Below are positions 11,401 through 18,169 of a DNA stretch of 64,000 bases, piece after piece (positions within the stretch are counted from its first letter, which is position 1; every line of letters starts with the position of its first letter). The translations under genes were made by a program, and so were the position numbers. The stretch is from Candidatus Omnitrophota bacterium (GTDB taxonomy: Bacteria; Omnitrophota; Omnitrophia; Omnitrophales; Omnitrophaceae). The stretch is from contig JAKQXH010000055.1 in NCBI GenBank assembly GCA_029561555.1, positions 20,263-84,262 on the forward strand, given 5' to 3'. The notes below the pieces were generated by a model. That model made no database searches. It worked only from the letters and a program-made list of their open reading frames with translations, and was not told the DNA's origin.

Positions 11401-13290
11401 CCCGAAAGCATCTTCGTCTTCCGAAAGCCTCTCTCTCATTAGAATTTCCAATTCTTCCTTCGCGCCCTTGAACGCAAACCAGAAACTTCCCAGTGAATGG
11501 ACCAGTCTCCGGACCCGGCCCACTTTTTCCTGTAAATCTGCATCGCCTCTCGAAGGAACCGTCCCAAGACTCGCGGCTTCGGCGCGGGCTTCTTCGATCA
11601 TTTCGCGCCGCTCTCCGACAAAAGCCCCCAAGGCCGTCTGAAATTCTTCCGCAAGCAAATAGGCCGCGTTTTTGATGGTGCTTTCGGCAACCGACCCCCT
11701 CCCTAAAATCGAACGGAGATATTCCCCGGCGCCGTCGTCTTTCGAAAGCGCCGGTGAGAAAACAACGTAATTCATGCCCGCCGCTTTTAATTTTTCCTTG
11801 AGCCCTTCCGCATGAAAACCGCCCGTGACCAGAACCGCTCTCATCCCGGGTTTGGTTTTCGTCAGACCGGAAATATTCCGGATCATTCCCTCCTCGCGGG
11901 ACTGCGCCCCTTCGTAGAAAGCCAATGTCGCTTCAAAAAGCCCGTCGAGATTTTCAGGGTTCTTAAAGTGAGTCTTGTTCATCCGGGCTTTCCCGCACAT
12001 CATGTTAATCCGATTCAAAAAACCTTCCGGCTTCAAATCATCCTTCCGTGTCATGACGGCCGACCATTCGGCCCGCACCAATTCAAGCCGGAAAAGCTTT
12101 CGGAGGAGAAAACAATCTTTGAGCATTTGGACCCATTCCGCGGATTCGGGCTCTGAGGCAAGAGAAGAAAAAATCTTTTCGGAAAGCCCCTCGATTTCCT
12201 CCATCAACTCACCGGACCGGATTTCGTTTCTCAAAATCAAATGTCCGCTTAATTGCCGGAAATGGGGATAATTTTTCAGATTAAAATCCTGCGGCACGGC
12301 CCGGTAAACTTTTTCAAAAAGGCTCCTCAAGTCTTCAGTCCCGGAACCCGGGTTTTCCGGATCCAATTTCGCCTCAAATTCCCGGATCAACGACGGGCTC
12401 AATTGGGTCGCTTTCAAATGCCCGGACAAAGCTTTTCTTTCTTTCTCGGCTTCCCGGGAATCCAAAGACGGCTCAAGCTCCTGCAGTTTCACGACGCGCA
12501 CCAAATGGGGATAGTCCAGTTGCGCGGCAGGATTCGCCAAATCGATGTCCAAATATTTTTTCGCGGTCCGCCGCAAAGTCTTGATAAACGCCAGGAAATC
12601 CTTCTCCCGTTCCTCGAAACGCCGCCATGATTTCACGAAATGCCTTAGCGGAGAAGACCAGAGGCAGGTCCCCAATTTTTCAATCGCAAGGTCGGCATGC
12701 CGGACAAACCGCTCCGCGTCTTCCGCTTGGGCATAAACCCGGCGAAACGTCCTCAAATTTTCCCGATACCGTTCCTCGTCTTCGATTCCGAACCCTTCAA
12801 TCCTCCCTTTCCTATTTTGGGAGTTCTCCAGCAGAAAATATTCCGGCCCCGAAAATTCGCCTTTTCGCATCAGGATATCCGCGACCTTAAGATTTTTCTC
12901 GGGTTGTTCGAAGAAATGGAATCGATCGGGATCCAGTCTGGCCTGCGCGCCTTCCACCAAAACCAGCTTAAACCCATGACGCCGGGAAAGCAGGTCTAGA
13001 AGTTTTTTGATTTTCACCTGAGATTCATAATTCGCGTGAGCGTCTTTGACGTAGAACACAAACGGAGCTTCGGGGCCGAATTCGCTTCCGCTTTCTTCGA
13101 TCGTTCCCAGTTCGTGCGGGATGGAAAATCCAAACGCCGGCTTTTTAGGCAAATCGGCCGGATATCCGGAAAAAGACTGGGTAAGCGCAAACGAAGACGC
13201 CGGCTGGGAAGCAAAAGAAATCGCGACAAACAGCGCAAGTGTTTTTAGAGAAAAGTCTTTCCTTCGCTTTTGCATTGTGTTTTGTCTCAA
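2425..13290 (-). CDS. Giant secreted mosaic protein 1 (3621 aa): signal peptide + family N-cap + 8 cassettes separated by x-S-L-G junctions + family C-cap
   Basis: Uninterrupted 10,866-nt ORF. The start is ambiguous (TTG 13290 or ATG 13275). The N-terminus looks like a signal peptide (KRRKDFSLKTLALFVAISFASQPASSFA). Domains called by motif: HATPase_c (aa ~785-915; NLLMNARRA, DNGSGI, GQGLAL). A duplicated cassette with one YD/RHS-type repeat (YDxxGRL) and a GNAT-like stretch (aa 924-1231 and 1489-1801). A Bud32/RIO-like kinase (IEHGDIV...IAFIDFGWA, aa ~1330-1440). A class I SAM methyltransferase (KILSLGAGRG, aa ~1915-2010). A PrmA-like methyltransferase (GLDAGTGDGILS...FIAANLP, aa ~2640-2740). 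A DapA/NAL-family lyase-like unit (MGATGEF...LYNNPG...ALKDSSGD, aa ~2865-3150). The protein ends ...ESFARAA. Confidence 0.9.
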   Translation of the reverse strand: MRQNTMQKRRKDFSLKTLALFVAISFASQPASSFALTQSFSGYPADLPKKPAFGFSIPHELGTIEESGSEFGPEAPFVFYVKDAHANYESQVKIKKLLDLLSRRHGFKLVLVEGAQARLDPDRFHFFEQPEKNLKVADILMRKGEFSGPEYFLLENSQNRKGRIEGFGIEDEERYRENLRTFRRVYAQAEDAERFVRHADLAIEKLGTCLWSSPLRHFVKSWRRFEEREKDFLAFIKTLRRTAKKYLDIDLANPAAQLDYPHLVRVVKLQELEPSLDSREAEKERKALSGHLKATQLSPSLIREFEAKLDPENPGSGTEDLRSLFEKVYRAVPQDFNLKNYPHFRQLSGHLILRNEIRSGELMEEIEGLSEKIFSSLASEPESAEWVQMLKDCFLLRKLFRLELVRAEWSAVMTRKDDLKPEGFLNRINMMCGKARMNKTHFKNPENLDGLFEATLAFYEGAQSREEGMIRNISGLTKTKPGMRAVLVTGGFHAEGLKEKLKAAGMNYVVFSPALSKDDGAGEYLRSILGRGSVAESTIKNAAYLLAEEFQTALGAFVGERREMIEEARAEAASLGTVPSRGDADLQEKVGRVRRLVHSLGSFWFAFKGAKEELEILMRERLSEDEDAFGAFQEFLGQDEIYVSREYRAATGNVSPEKFETIILEGLQFIRQIKIALLFLEDSRFLNSSDIAEALFKNSTEADEIIRDIKQRIARRLNQIEDFYQAFQGGEKAEVLAVSSFFEGSPEPRQQAPVTDGALQAGQIPLRYTGDPAVFIEADRFRFEDLTDNLLMNARRALEGIDGAKIEVRARRDGDFARIEVKDNGSGISEAHLSRIFSADFSTKPEDGQVHGQGLALVLETVEKYGGTIEVVSKVKNGKTFRAYREGEGFKVEEADPGLISGESGTIFIVRLPLAVEAGKSLGVSREELDPFNPASGNVYQYDEKGRLAQVRDRSGTVWESYSYYLPNLWTVDLANIKGGDSVKLRISTEGEGFLASEKGWREYRIAVEINGIRTGYVTLNEMTYEEDGNSSLEILEFYPFQEAPFERLSELTGKGYAETIVNWISAFAKRKNAALSSSSTFNLSLFYLYRKFFADQVNLNNQWRDISGVAAEFGLYGEEFLGGVSVAEDSRLPSQPFALLNLRLKEPGGRFYTVSQSSDPSVVFPGECVEINPKGEIFKAGSAEKIGVATRSLRSILAGGVPKPVSARKFPNGEILLYQDNQLLEVSSLDCEERIECAQEIFKIIFGDKASELLRFIAGTDDVGEVTHFRSVLIKKASSISSSSKNTWEYELILKGRKEPIIFYAQSYAQKKSPTSLEPKRQREYLKRQERIMRLAHVHQLAPEARYAEVGGYPILVMRRQNGEPMGKSMDLNSVKAIGFAIGKLHGIGIEHGDIVHFLEDEPNRLRCDHVFLQPDGKIAFIDFGWAEFSETARLKRGSEYGYVKTSLRVMSPVADREEVEKVFSEGYDAGFEEGQKEMKTQGASLGVTREALDPINPASGNILAYDDEGRLTEVRDESGTVWESYSYEPDEWTVQLTNIKGGAPVEMRLYRIFGTMGMDGRLKDGVINADIKVNGEYSGFLTFTRGKSKSGRVIYTAQQFYPFEALSSGEQDRFMEKGIAETILNWLIGLAGRENAVFAATHTQSPALIHLCLKLLTEVGVQKSALGNFPLFFPRKTMMSSDDLLRAGKYGREMTGPVSISQESNPYAEPFAKVELQEEDPQREIYTVLKSTKPSRIPRKMRVRVKAGGELVAADTDRRLGFITEIGKSLLFTGTPRPISARKSADGRIELYQDNQLLQGASLGDGSVWFGPEYEDDVRTLVYKAFLMTYLSGDPLTREGVTALANELYHMALGRKPPEGLFDSLNWAALPGEEGRPKTDVEANYLWQMIAESRDDTPAVRCPEYQQMILDQIPQGRKLKILSLGAGRGQIEARLKEMGHEVYAVDIVPAIVSHLNAQGIKAYQGDMNRLAEVKEIAAAAPFDAVLMIDTVGYVADIGQLLFVLNSLASPRYRLIVSTYPGYSRIRTSNGPYQKGMISTYRRELEFFGHTVRSSHEYYWDSERNVMELVDWEDRKGDVVLMVSDGSTHPEAESLGQDGKPGPESAEDIPEAGKIAALLPQINTKIRKYGIQWLIEHGDFSWGPRGLMLTGPGLGAMWSECGSASKLTGSVLYENNFPDAYLVPFPLKCRHYLSQLKSAENPSGVSESPLQHVVTVTEGGLVIDPTEWSYLYRGEGEETVAIPLDRHPFGSAIRESMETLRRSGKLERAGAFDDRSVSLPFHYVLREPGEVLAVPTLPVDFKILDERRSVLTGVGVGFHKMPDGTLNFLFQYQVGYNVHEPSEAIVRVPQHWVLILELPVKTLFDPELKIREWMRFFAEKGNPDWMLQFLEKNFQGLLLSEIGPENLRGVPDMKETLVSTMREHLPALFRLIGSLPAISEEDLQARIRNAPPVKTFSETGASLGVTAEKTGSLEESLRELSPGKRQRGSVRPETVSAASLGDQEGFPERQRRLGENALRLQEILDEKFGSDLNLRDHLTLEGKNRTYEILRTPWYVRAGDMFYFPYLVKGLNPMLAKKGQRFGIDYTPYFKRSRFERLMEELAPYGENLLVQGIGPGEDSVPWLDFPYHNYTLSAIFSMMEKAEAFEGLRGLDAGTGDGILSATALRLGAGEMVGIDANDMCIGLASFLRQTNGIPRDTMRLRQLDFSDADRNSLGDFDFIAANLPRWGQMVEGRSGNWHEVFLLQFPSAQFYLAIGERASHPLVPRLWNIFNSEFESLEILLPISRVPVFSASGRRTRAVDQGASLGDENGEDGEARDWAEEERRLTGQWEAEFDQWAEEQALNERLEHLREDEEVRGLVLKYENIVPAVTPLTEAGQIDREGIRNLVRHLVSLGVRSVLVMGATGEFMFLRNEQRLEAIRIFAEEAQGRLRIFANATGDTETETIGNLIEIHRIEGIEAAVLAPLYYLADNPEVVPHFDRIERELAEAGITRRLPLVLYNNPGITRGLNLEEEVAGQLRGRIAALKDSSGDVDRLRGYFRQTIVYQGDEMGIVPALLSGAKGAVSSMGNVNAFPQLLFGEDPGSDAQRLLQGRINTIVPDLTAGRAKIVTGIKYYLSRLGVIGPATAGQASELTQREKNRIDLLVKRAKREREKGERKKLDSLKKAEENFGIRARGVVNSLSHLAWALNAEVLGGAVRKAGEGLDRYEDIPSSELRSLVNGINTTLQWPSMNRPRRRRIVERYVNLNPRLREIAKGIRDWAQTIPGDPREISGYAAALVRIGEVGSSPGRARRLSDIAEQLTVLIRQAYPAVPIVWEDGQGVWDFFGDRGDTAQSLGDASDGTISPEARQVAEEITGRIFRIDPDREMRLRWMRELGLSGREGNAAVLLETLSPEIRPLLAESGEFGIAVVSAHSLENVRRMEAFLGANRNKMLLVYYDGDESDEALREKNLFYREKFEGRIQLVKARPGEDYTFFLGGFLRGGRLASDFRARAKTFFGRAGNQGALTQNELLKSLTIVGRENVLAELQSPFVRPFYSRDFAMDGETTEFAELVYALIGSGRMTAEALRKQIGDNLEIRLAENGIEIAGLALNANAIGHYLELLSEMKTAAESFARAA
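7873..8841 (-). repeat. Intragenic diverged duplication, copy B (gene 1 aa 1484-1806), flanked by GASLG on both sides
   Basis: GASLGVTREALDPINPASGNILAYDDEGRLTEVRDESGTVWESYSY ... ISARKSADGRIELYQDNQLLQGASLG aligns end to end with copy A. Conservation is at the protein level only. Confidence 0.8.
9598..10536 (-). repeat. Intragenic diverged duplication, copy A (gene 1 aa 919-1231); its distal junction has decayed to VSSLD
   Basis: GKSLGVSREELDPFNPASGNVYQYDEKGRLAQVRDRSGTVWESYSY ... VSARKFPNGEILLYQDNQLLEVSSLD. This is the same ~310-aa cassette as copy B, but here it is fused directly to the kinase-like domain. Confidence 0.8.
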
Positions 13291-13473
13291 TGCCTTCAGG
13301 TAGATTTCTACATAGATACACTTATTAAAGATATTAAAATAAGATTAGCACGCAAATCCCCTTTTTACAAGGAAGCTTCAGGAATATCTTTCTTGATTGG
13401 TCGGGAATGGGAATGCTGTAACTATTTTAAAAACAACTAGTTGCACTATTCCCGGTATGGATTTTTAGCGGAA

Positions 13474-13520
13474 GGAAAATAAAAAAGGACGGAATGAAAA
13501 AATTTCGCCTCATTCCGTCC
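13474..13520 (-). terminator. Rho-independent terminator downstream of the ferredoxin gene
   Basis: Perfect 11-bp stem (GGACGGAATGA / TCATTCCGTCC, 13487-13497 and 13510-13520). On the minus strand it is followed by TTTTTTATTTT. Confidence 0.7.
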
Positions 13521-13549
13521 TTTTAAAGCTGAAAACTTGAAACCGGGAA

Positions 13550-13867
13550 TCAGCCGTTGACTAGCTTATTGTCCGGCCTTTTCGGCGGATCATTCGCGGG
13601 CCTTGTTTCAACCGGAGGATTTCCCTTGAATTGCGGGGCCAGCTCCCGGTTAATCGCGGCATAAGCCGGATCTTTCTCCTCGGAATCCACAATCGCCCCA
13701 ATCGGGCATTCCGGGAGACACATTCCGCAGGTAATGCAGGTGTCAGGATCAATGATCATAAACGGCTGTCCCTTATATTCTCCGGGAGAAAACGCCTCAA
13801 CGGGGCAAACGGCCACGCAAGTCGCGTAACGCTCCCCTAAACACTTTTCAGTAACAACATATGCCAT
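13550..13867 (-). CDS. Ferredoxin, FdxA-like (two Fe-S cluster motifs)
   Basis: 105 aa. MAYVVTEKCLGERYATCVAVCPVEAF plus CITCGMCLPECP cysteine motifs. Confidence 0.85.
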   Translation of the reverse strand: MAYVVTEKCLGERYATCVAVCPVEAFSPGEYKGQPFMIIDPDTCITCGMCLPECPIGAIVDSEEKDPAYAAINRELAPQFKGNPPVETRPANDPPKRPDNKLVNG

Positions 13868-13936
13868 GTCCTTCTCCTTTCGTAGGAAAATATTTTACTA
13901 ACTCTGTCCCGAAAACTCAATACACAAAATCGATTT

Positions 13937-14800
13937 TCAGACTTCAATAAAGTCGGGTACCACTGCCCTGGGAATGATTTGCTTTTCGTGCGCCATCCGA
14001 AGCAACGCGCCAATCGCCCGTTTATCTTCCTCCCCAAGTTCCAAAGTCCTTTCATTGACATACATCCCCACAAAACGGTCCGCGGTTGCGGGATCGATTC
14101 CCCTCCCAAACGGAAGCGCATACCGAATCGCGTCCTGTCGATGATCCAGCGCATAACGAATGCTGTCTTTTAAAATCCGCCCCAGGCACTCAGCCGCCAC
14201 AGGCCCCAGATCTTTCCGGACCGCATCCAATCCCAACGGAAGCGGCAATTTTGTTTCCCGATACCACCACTCCCCCAAATCCAATACTTTCCGGAAACGG
14301 GCCTCACCGTATGTCAGCTGGCCTTCATGAATCACAAGTCCCGCATCCGCCTCTCCTTTTTCGACCGTCTCAAAAACCCGGTCAAAAGGAACGGTAACAT
14401 ACCGGATTTGAGGCTCAAAAAGTTTAAGCAGAAGAAAAGCCGTCGTCATCTCTCCCGGAACGGCAATCCGTTTCCCGGAAAGCCTTTCCGGGGCCAGCAA
14501 AGAATCCCGGGTCACAATCAACGGCCCGTAATTAAATCCGATGCTCGCGCCCGACGTCAAAATCGCGTAACGATCGCTCGCATAGGCGTACGCATGCAGG
14601 GAAATCGCGGTTACTTCCAATTCCCCGCGAAGCGCCCGCCGGTTCAGGCTTTCGATGTCTTCAACGACATGCTCAAGATAAAAATCACCGGTATCAATCT
14701 TCCCCTTCGCGATCGCATAAAACATGAACGCATCGTCCGCGTCCGGGCTATGCCCGAAACGAATCAATTTTTTACCGTTATTTCCCCGAATCGTTTTCAT
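13937..14800 (-). CDS. MqnA/MqnD/SBP-family protein (futalosine-pathway menaquinone biosynthesis-like)
   Basis: 287 aa. The N-terminal RFGHSPDADDAFMFYAI...DIESLN...ELEVTAISLHAY pattern is typical of the MqnA/MqnD periplasmic-binding-fold family. Confidence 0.55.
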   Translation of the reverse strand: MKTIRGNNGKKLIRFGHSPDADDAFMFYAIAKGKIDTGDFYLEHVVEDIESLNRRALRGELEVTAISLHAYAYASDRYAILTSGASIGFNYGPLIVTRDSLLAPERLSGKRIAVPGEMTTAFLLLKLFEPQIRYVTVPFDRVFETVEKGEADAGLVIHEGQLTYGEARFRKVLDLGEWWYRETKLPLPLGLDAVRKDLGPVAAECLGRILKDSIRYALDHRQDAIRYALPFGRGIDPATADRFVGMYVNERTLELGEEDKRAIGALLRMAHEKQIIPRAVVPDFIEV

Positions 14801-15438
14801 GACGGGTTTTTTTGAAAAGGAATTTCGACTCCCAATTCGGCGAGTTCTTTTTTTAATTGTTCGGGAGATTGAAAGCGGACGGCGGCAATCCCCAGCGACA
14901 AAGCAGTTTGAACGTTTTCTTCCATGTCATCGATGAAAACCGTCTCTTCGGGCTCCGCTCCCAATTTCCGGAGCGCTTCTCGAAAAATTTCCGGATCGGG
15001 TTTCCGGAGCCCCATCTCATGGGAGACGAATATGAAGTCCAACCGATTTAAAATCGGGAATTTCTCGATCCAGTAGCGATAATGCAAATCATTGGTATTC
15101 GAAAGCGCGGCAAGCCGGTATTTCCCTTTCACGGCCGCAATCATTTCTTCTATAAAATGATTCGGCCAGAAAATGTCGTTCCAGATCCTTGAAAATTCAT
15201 CGAAACCGATCGAGAGTCCGAGGTCCCGCTTCGCGCCTTCGAAAAAATCCCGGGACGTCAGCTTCCCGGTCACATACCGTTCGACCCGTTCCGAGCGGCA
15301 GAACTCCTTCTCGGTCTTCTCCTCCGAAAGTCCCGTCGCCTGAGCAAGCCTCCGGACTCCGCGAAGATAATCGTAATGAAGGATGACATTCCCGACATCA
15401 AAAATAATGGTCGTAATCTTAAACGAATTTTCCTGCAT
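14797..15438 (-). CDS. HAD-superfamily hydrolase (subfamily IA)
   Basis: IIFDVGNVIL (motif I), LSNTN (motif II), FIDDMEENV (motif IV). Confidence 0.75.
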   Translation of the reverse strand: MQENSFKITTIIFDVGNVILHYDYLRGVRRLAQATGLSEEKTEKEFCRSERVERYVTGKLTSRDFFEGAKRDLGLSIGFDEFSRIWNDIFWPNHFIEEMIAAVKGKYRLAALSNTNDLHYRYWIEKFPILNRLDFIFVSHEMGLRKPDPEIFREALRKLGAEPEETVFIDDMEENVQTALSLGIAAVRFQSPEQLKKELAELGVEIPFQKNPS

Positions 15439-15531
15439 GGGACAAAATTATACCATTTTGATGGAAAAACCGGATTTCAAATCTTATAATCAACCGCAAA
15501 AACCAAGAGTTTCTAAGGAAAACGGATTCCG

Positions 15532-16458
15532 ATGAAAATAAAAGCTATTCTATTCGATATTGACGGCGTATTGGTCGACGTCCGGCAGTCCTATATCGAA
15601 ACCATTCGCAAGACCGTCGAACTCTATCTCGGAAAGCAGCTGAGAATTCCGGGTAGAGGCCGCCGGCTTCTTTCCAAAGACGACGTCAACCGGTTCAAGC
15701 TTCTCGGCGGATTCAATAACGATTGGGACGCCGTTTACGGGATTCTTTTGTACCTCCTATGGCTAAGGGGAAAAGCCGCCGGAGGAGAAATGTCTTTCGG
15801 AAAACTCGCCCGTCTTAAAAATTTTGAGGCTTTGCGCCGAAAGGTCCCCTCCCCCTGCGGGATTCGGGGGCTGGAGCGCTTGACCGGAAAAAACCGAAAT
15901 ATTTGTTACAAGACCGCCAAAGACATGTTTCAGGAACTCTATCTCGGTAAAAAACTCTTCCGGAAACGTTACCGGAAAAATCCTCGGTTCACGCAAAAGC
16001 GGGGACTCATCGAAAAAGAAACTCTTCTTGTCTCCCCGGCAATCCTCTCGGCCCTGCGGGAAAACAAAATCCGGTTCGGGATCGTCACGGGGAGAACCCG
16101 TTTCGAGGCCGAATATGCGCTTCGGCGTTTCGGAATTTTGAAATATTTCGACGCGCTCGTTACGCATGATGAAATCGAGGCGGCGGAAAAGAAACTGCGC
16201 CGGCCGCTTCGAAAACCTCATCCTTATCCGGTCCTCGCTTGCGCGAAAAAAATAAAAGCGTCCGCGTTCTTTTATGTCGGAGACCTGCCGGATGACATCA
16301 AGGCCGCAAACGGAGCCAAGAAAAAAATCCGGATCGCATCCTGCGCATTTCTCTGGCGTCAGGACAATCCTGTTGTGATGAAAAAAGCGCTGCGGGCGGC
16401 GCAACCGGATTTTTTCATCAACCGTCCTTCGGATCTTCTCAGGCTGGCCGCCCGTTAA
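15532..16458 (+). CDS. HAD-superfamily hydrolase with a large cap insertion
   Basis: ILFDIDGVLVD (motif I), GIVTGR (motif II), YVGDLPDDIKAA (motif IV). The stop overlaps the queD stop by 4 nt. Confidence 0.75.
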   Translation: MKIKAILFDIDGVLVDVRQSYIETIRKTVELYLGKQLRIPGRGRRLLSKDDVNRFKLLGGFNNDWDAVYGILLYLLWLRGKAAGGEMSFGKLARLKNFEALRRKVPSPCGIRGLERLTGKNRNICYKTAKDMFQELYLGKKLFRKRYRKNPRFTQKRGLIEKETLLVSPAILSALRENKIRFGIVTGRTRFEAEYALRRFGILKYFDALVTHDEIEAAEKKLRRPLRKPHPYPVLACAKKIKASAFFYVGDLPDDIKAANGAKKKIRIASCAFLWRQDNPVVMKKALRAAQPDFFINRPSDLLRLAAR

Positions 16459-16868
16459 CGGCGATAGCTGGCAAAAGAAGTCGGCGTCTCCCAGAGGATT
16501 ACCTTGGAGACCGGAAGTTTTCGTTTCCTGGCAAATTCAAAAATTAGGCGGGCAATATTTTCGGCGGTAGGCGGCCGCTTCAAAATAAAAAGCGGTTCTC
16601 CCCATTTTTTAAGTACGGGGACCAGCGGATCTTTTGCAAAGAGAAGCATCCGGTGATCCAGATTCTCGTCGATCCAGTGTTTCAGTACGGTCTTCACCTC
16701 CCCAAAATCCGCGACCATCCCTTGGGAGTTTAATTTTGCCGCAGCCAACTCAATCTGAACGCGCGCGCTATGGCCGTGGAGATGACGGCATCTCCCGCGA
16801 TGACCCGGAAGGCGGTGGCCGTAGCAAAAATGGATTTCTTTGGTGATCGTATACATGGCCATCATCAT
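16455..16868 (-). CDS. queD: 6-carboxy-5,6,7,8-tetrahydropterin synthase
   Basis: ITKEIHFCYGHRL...CRHLHGHSARV is the PTPS/QueD zinc and catalytic motif. The gene lies divergent to queC. Confidence 0.85.
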   Translation of the reverse strand: MMMAMYTITKEIHFCYGHRLPGHRGRCRHLHGHSARVQIELAAAKLNSQGMVADFGEVKTVLKHWIDENLDHRMLLFAKDPLVPVLKKWGEPLFILKRPPTAENIARLIFEFARKRKLPVSKVILWETPTSFASYRR

Positions 16869-16885
16869 ACGAACTCAATTCTCAT

Positions 16886-16915
16886 TTGGCAAGCGGGGTT
16901 TGAATCGCTTATAAT
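16886..16915 (+). promoter_or_regulatory. Sigma70-type promoter for queC (TTGGCA-N18-TATAAT); the transcript would be nearly leaderless
   Basis: TTGGCA at 16886-16891 and TATAAT at 16910-16915. The queC ATG at 16925 lies only 9 nt after the -10 box, and no Shine-Dalgarno sequence is visible. Confidence 0.45.
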
Positions 16916-16924
16916 CCGGAATTC

Positions 16925-17551
16925 ATGAAAGAAAAAGTCTGTGTTCTGACAAGCGGGGGCATTGAAAGCGCGGCGTTGCTCTGCCTATACGCAAAGCAAA
17001 ATTGCATTGTCTACCCTCTTTATGTTCGCCACGGATTTCGCTGGGAGAGGGCCGAACTTTACTGGCTTAAGAAATTATTGGGCTCATTAAAAAGATCTTC
17101 GATAAGACCGCTGACCGTCCTCGATGCGCCTCTCGGCCCCGTGCTTAAAAAACACTGGAGCATCGGCGGAGGGAAAGTCCCGTCCGAAGATTCAGACGAC
17201 GCGTCGGTTTATCTTCCGGGAAGAAATCTCCTGCTGATTTCACTCGCCAACACATTTTGCGCCGTCAAAAAAATCCGCCGGATCGCCTTGGGAACGCTGG
17301 GGACCAATCCGTTCTCGGACGGCACCGCCGCTTTTTTTCATATGCTTGAGAAAACGCTCGGTCGGGAACGCAGAGAAACAATCAAAATCGAACGGCCGTT
17401 CGGAAATCTGTCAAAAACGGAAGCAATGAAACGGGCCCCTGAAACGCCTTTTCCCCTTACCTTCTCCTGCATCAACCCCAGAGGATTTTCCCATTGCGGG
17501 AAATGCAACAAATGCGCGGAACGAAAGAAAGCAGAGAGGGGTCACACCTGA
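16925..17551 (+). CDS. queC: 7-cyano-7-deazaguanine synthase
   Basis: VLTSGGIESAALL (PP-loop) and a C-terminal CINPRGFSHCGKCNKCAERK zinc-cysteine cluster. Confidence 0.85.
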   Translation: MKEKVCVLTSGGIESAALLCLYAKQNCIVYPLYVRHGFRWERAELYWLKKLLGSLKRSSIRPLTVLDAPLGPVLKKHWSIGGGKVPSEDSDDASVYLPGRNLLLISLANTFCAVKKIRRIALGTLGTNPFSDGTAAFFHMLEKTLGRERRETIKIERPFGNLSKTEAMKRAPETPFPLTFSCINPRGFSHCGKCNKCAERKKAERGHT

Positions 17552-17580
17552 ATTGAAGGTGTGCCCCCTTTTAAAACTTT
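17543..17580 (+). terminator. Putative intrinsic terminator after queC
   Basis: CACACCT-gaattga-AGGTGTG hairpin (17543-17563) overlapping the stop codon, followed by CCCCCTTTTAAAACTTTT. Confidence 0.4.
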
Positions 17581-17584
17581 TATT

Positions 17585-18169
17585 TTAAAATAGCGTCTGC
17601 TGGACCTGGCCGGGTTTCCTTAGAAACGGCTTCAGATCCCGCCAGGTCGCGGGGATTTCATGGATTTTAAAATCACGGTTGGATTGAAAAAAAACCTTTC
17701 CATGCGCTTGGCCGTATTCAAAAACTTCCCGAGTGATCCGGACATCATCTAAACAATATTTTTTGAGCTCGTCCATTTTGCCTTCTTTAAACAGCCTCAC
17801 CGCTTCAAGCCCCTTGCCGCTTTTGGAATCGTTGAGCGTGCCGACCGCAAGACTTTGGAGCGTCACCCGGTGCCCCATGACTTTGGTGATTTCCTCGAGT
17901 AAATCCAGCGTCGGAAGCTCGGAGAGATTCGCGAAACAATACGGCTGCAAAACCTGATAATCAAATCGTTTGATATTGAACCCGATCACGCAATCGGCTT
18001 TTTTTAAAAGCTCTTCGAGACGGGAAAGTTCTTTTTCTTCAAATGTGAGATACGCATTTTCGGCGGAATCGTACAGGCCGGCTACGGAAACCTTGAGCTC
18101 ACGGAAATTCTCCCTCCCGACTTCGTCAAAACTTTTCTGCGTCTCCAGATCAAGCACCATCATCCGCAT
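17585..18169 (-). CDS. RNase H-fold DEDD-type 3'-5' exonuclease domain protein
   Basis: VLDLET (Exo I), GFNIKRFDYQVL (Exo II), YCLDDVRIT (Exo III). Confidence 0.6.
   Translation of the reverse strand: MRMMVLDLETQKSFDEVGRENFRELKVSVAGLYDSAENAYLTFEEKELSRLEELLKKADCVIGFNIKRFDYQVLQPYCFANLSELPTLDLLEEITKVMGHRVTLQSLAVGTLNDSKSGKGLEAVRLFKEGKMDELKKYCLDDVRITREVFEYGQAHGKVFFQSNRDFKIHEIPATWRDLKPFLRKPGQVQQTLF

Noticed and set aside
13291-13549. A shared regulatory motif upstream of giant genes 1 and 2 (tAGTTACAGcAT versus tGGTTACAGtAT, near 13405 and 49300)
   Set aside because: Only a 7-nt core is shared, at different distances from the start codons (~140 versus ~108 nt), within AT-rich DNA where such matches are expected by chance.
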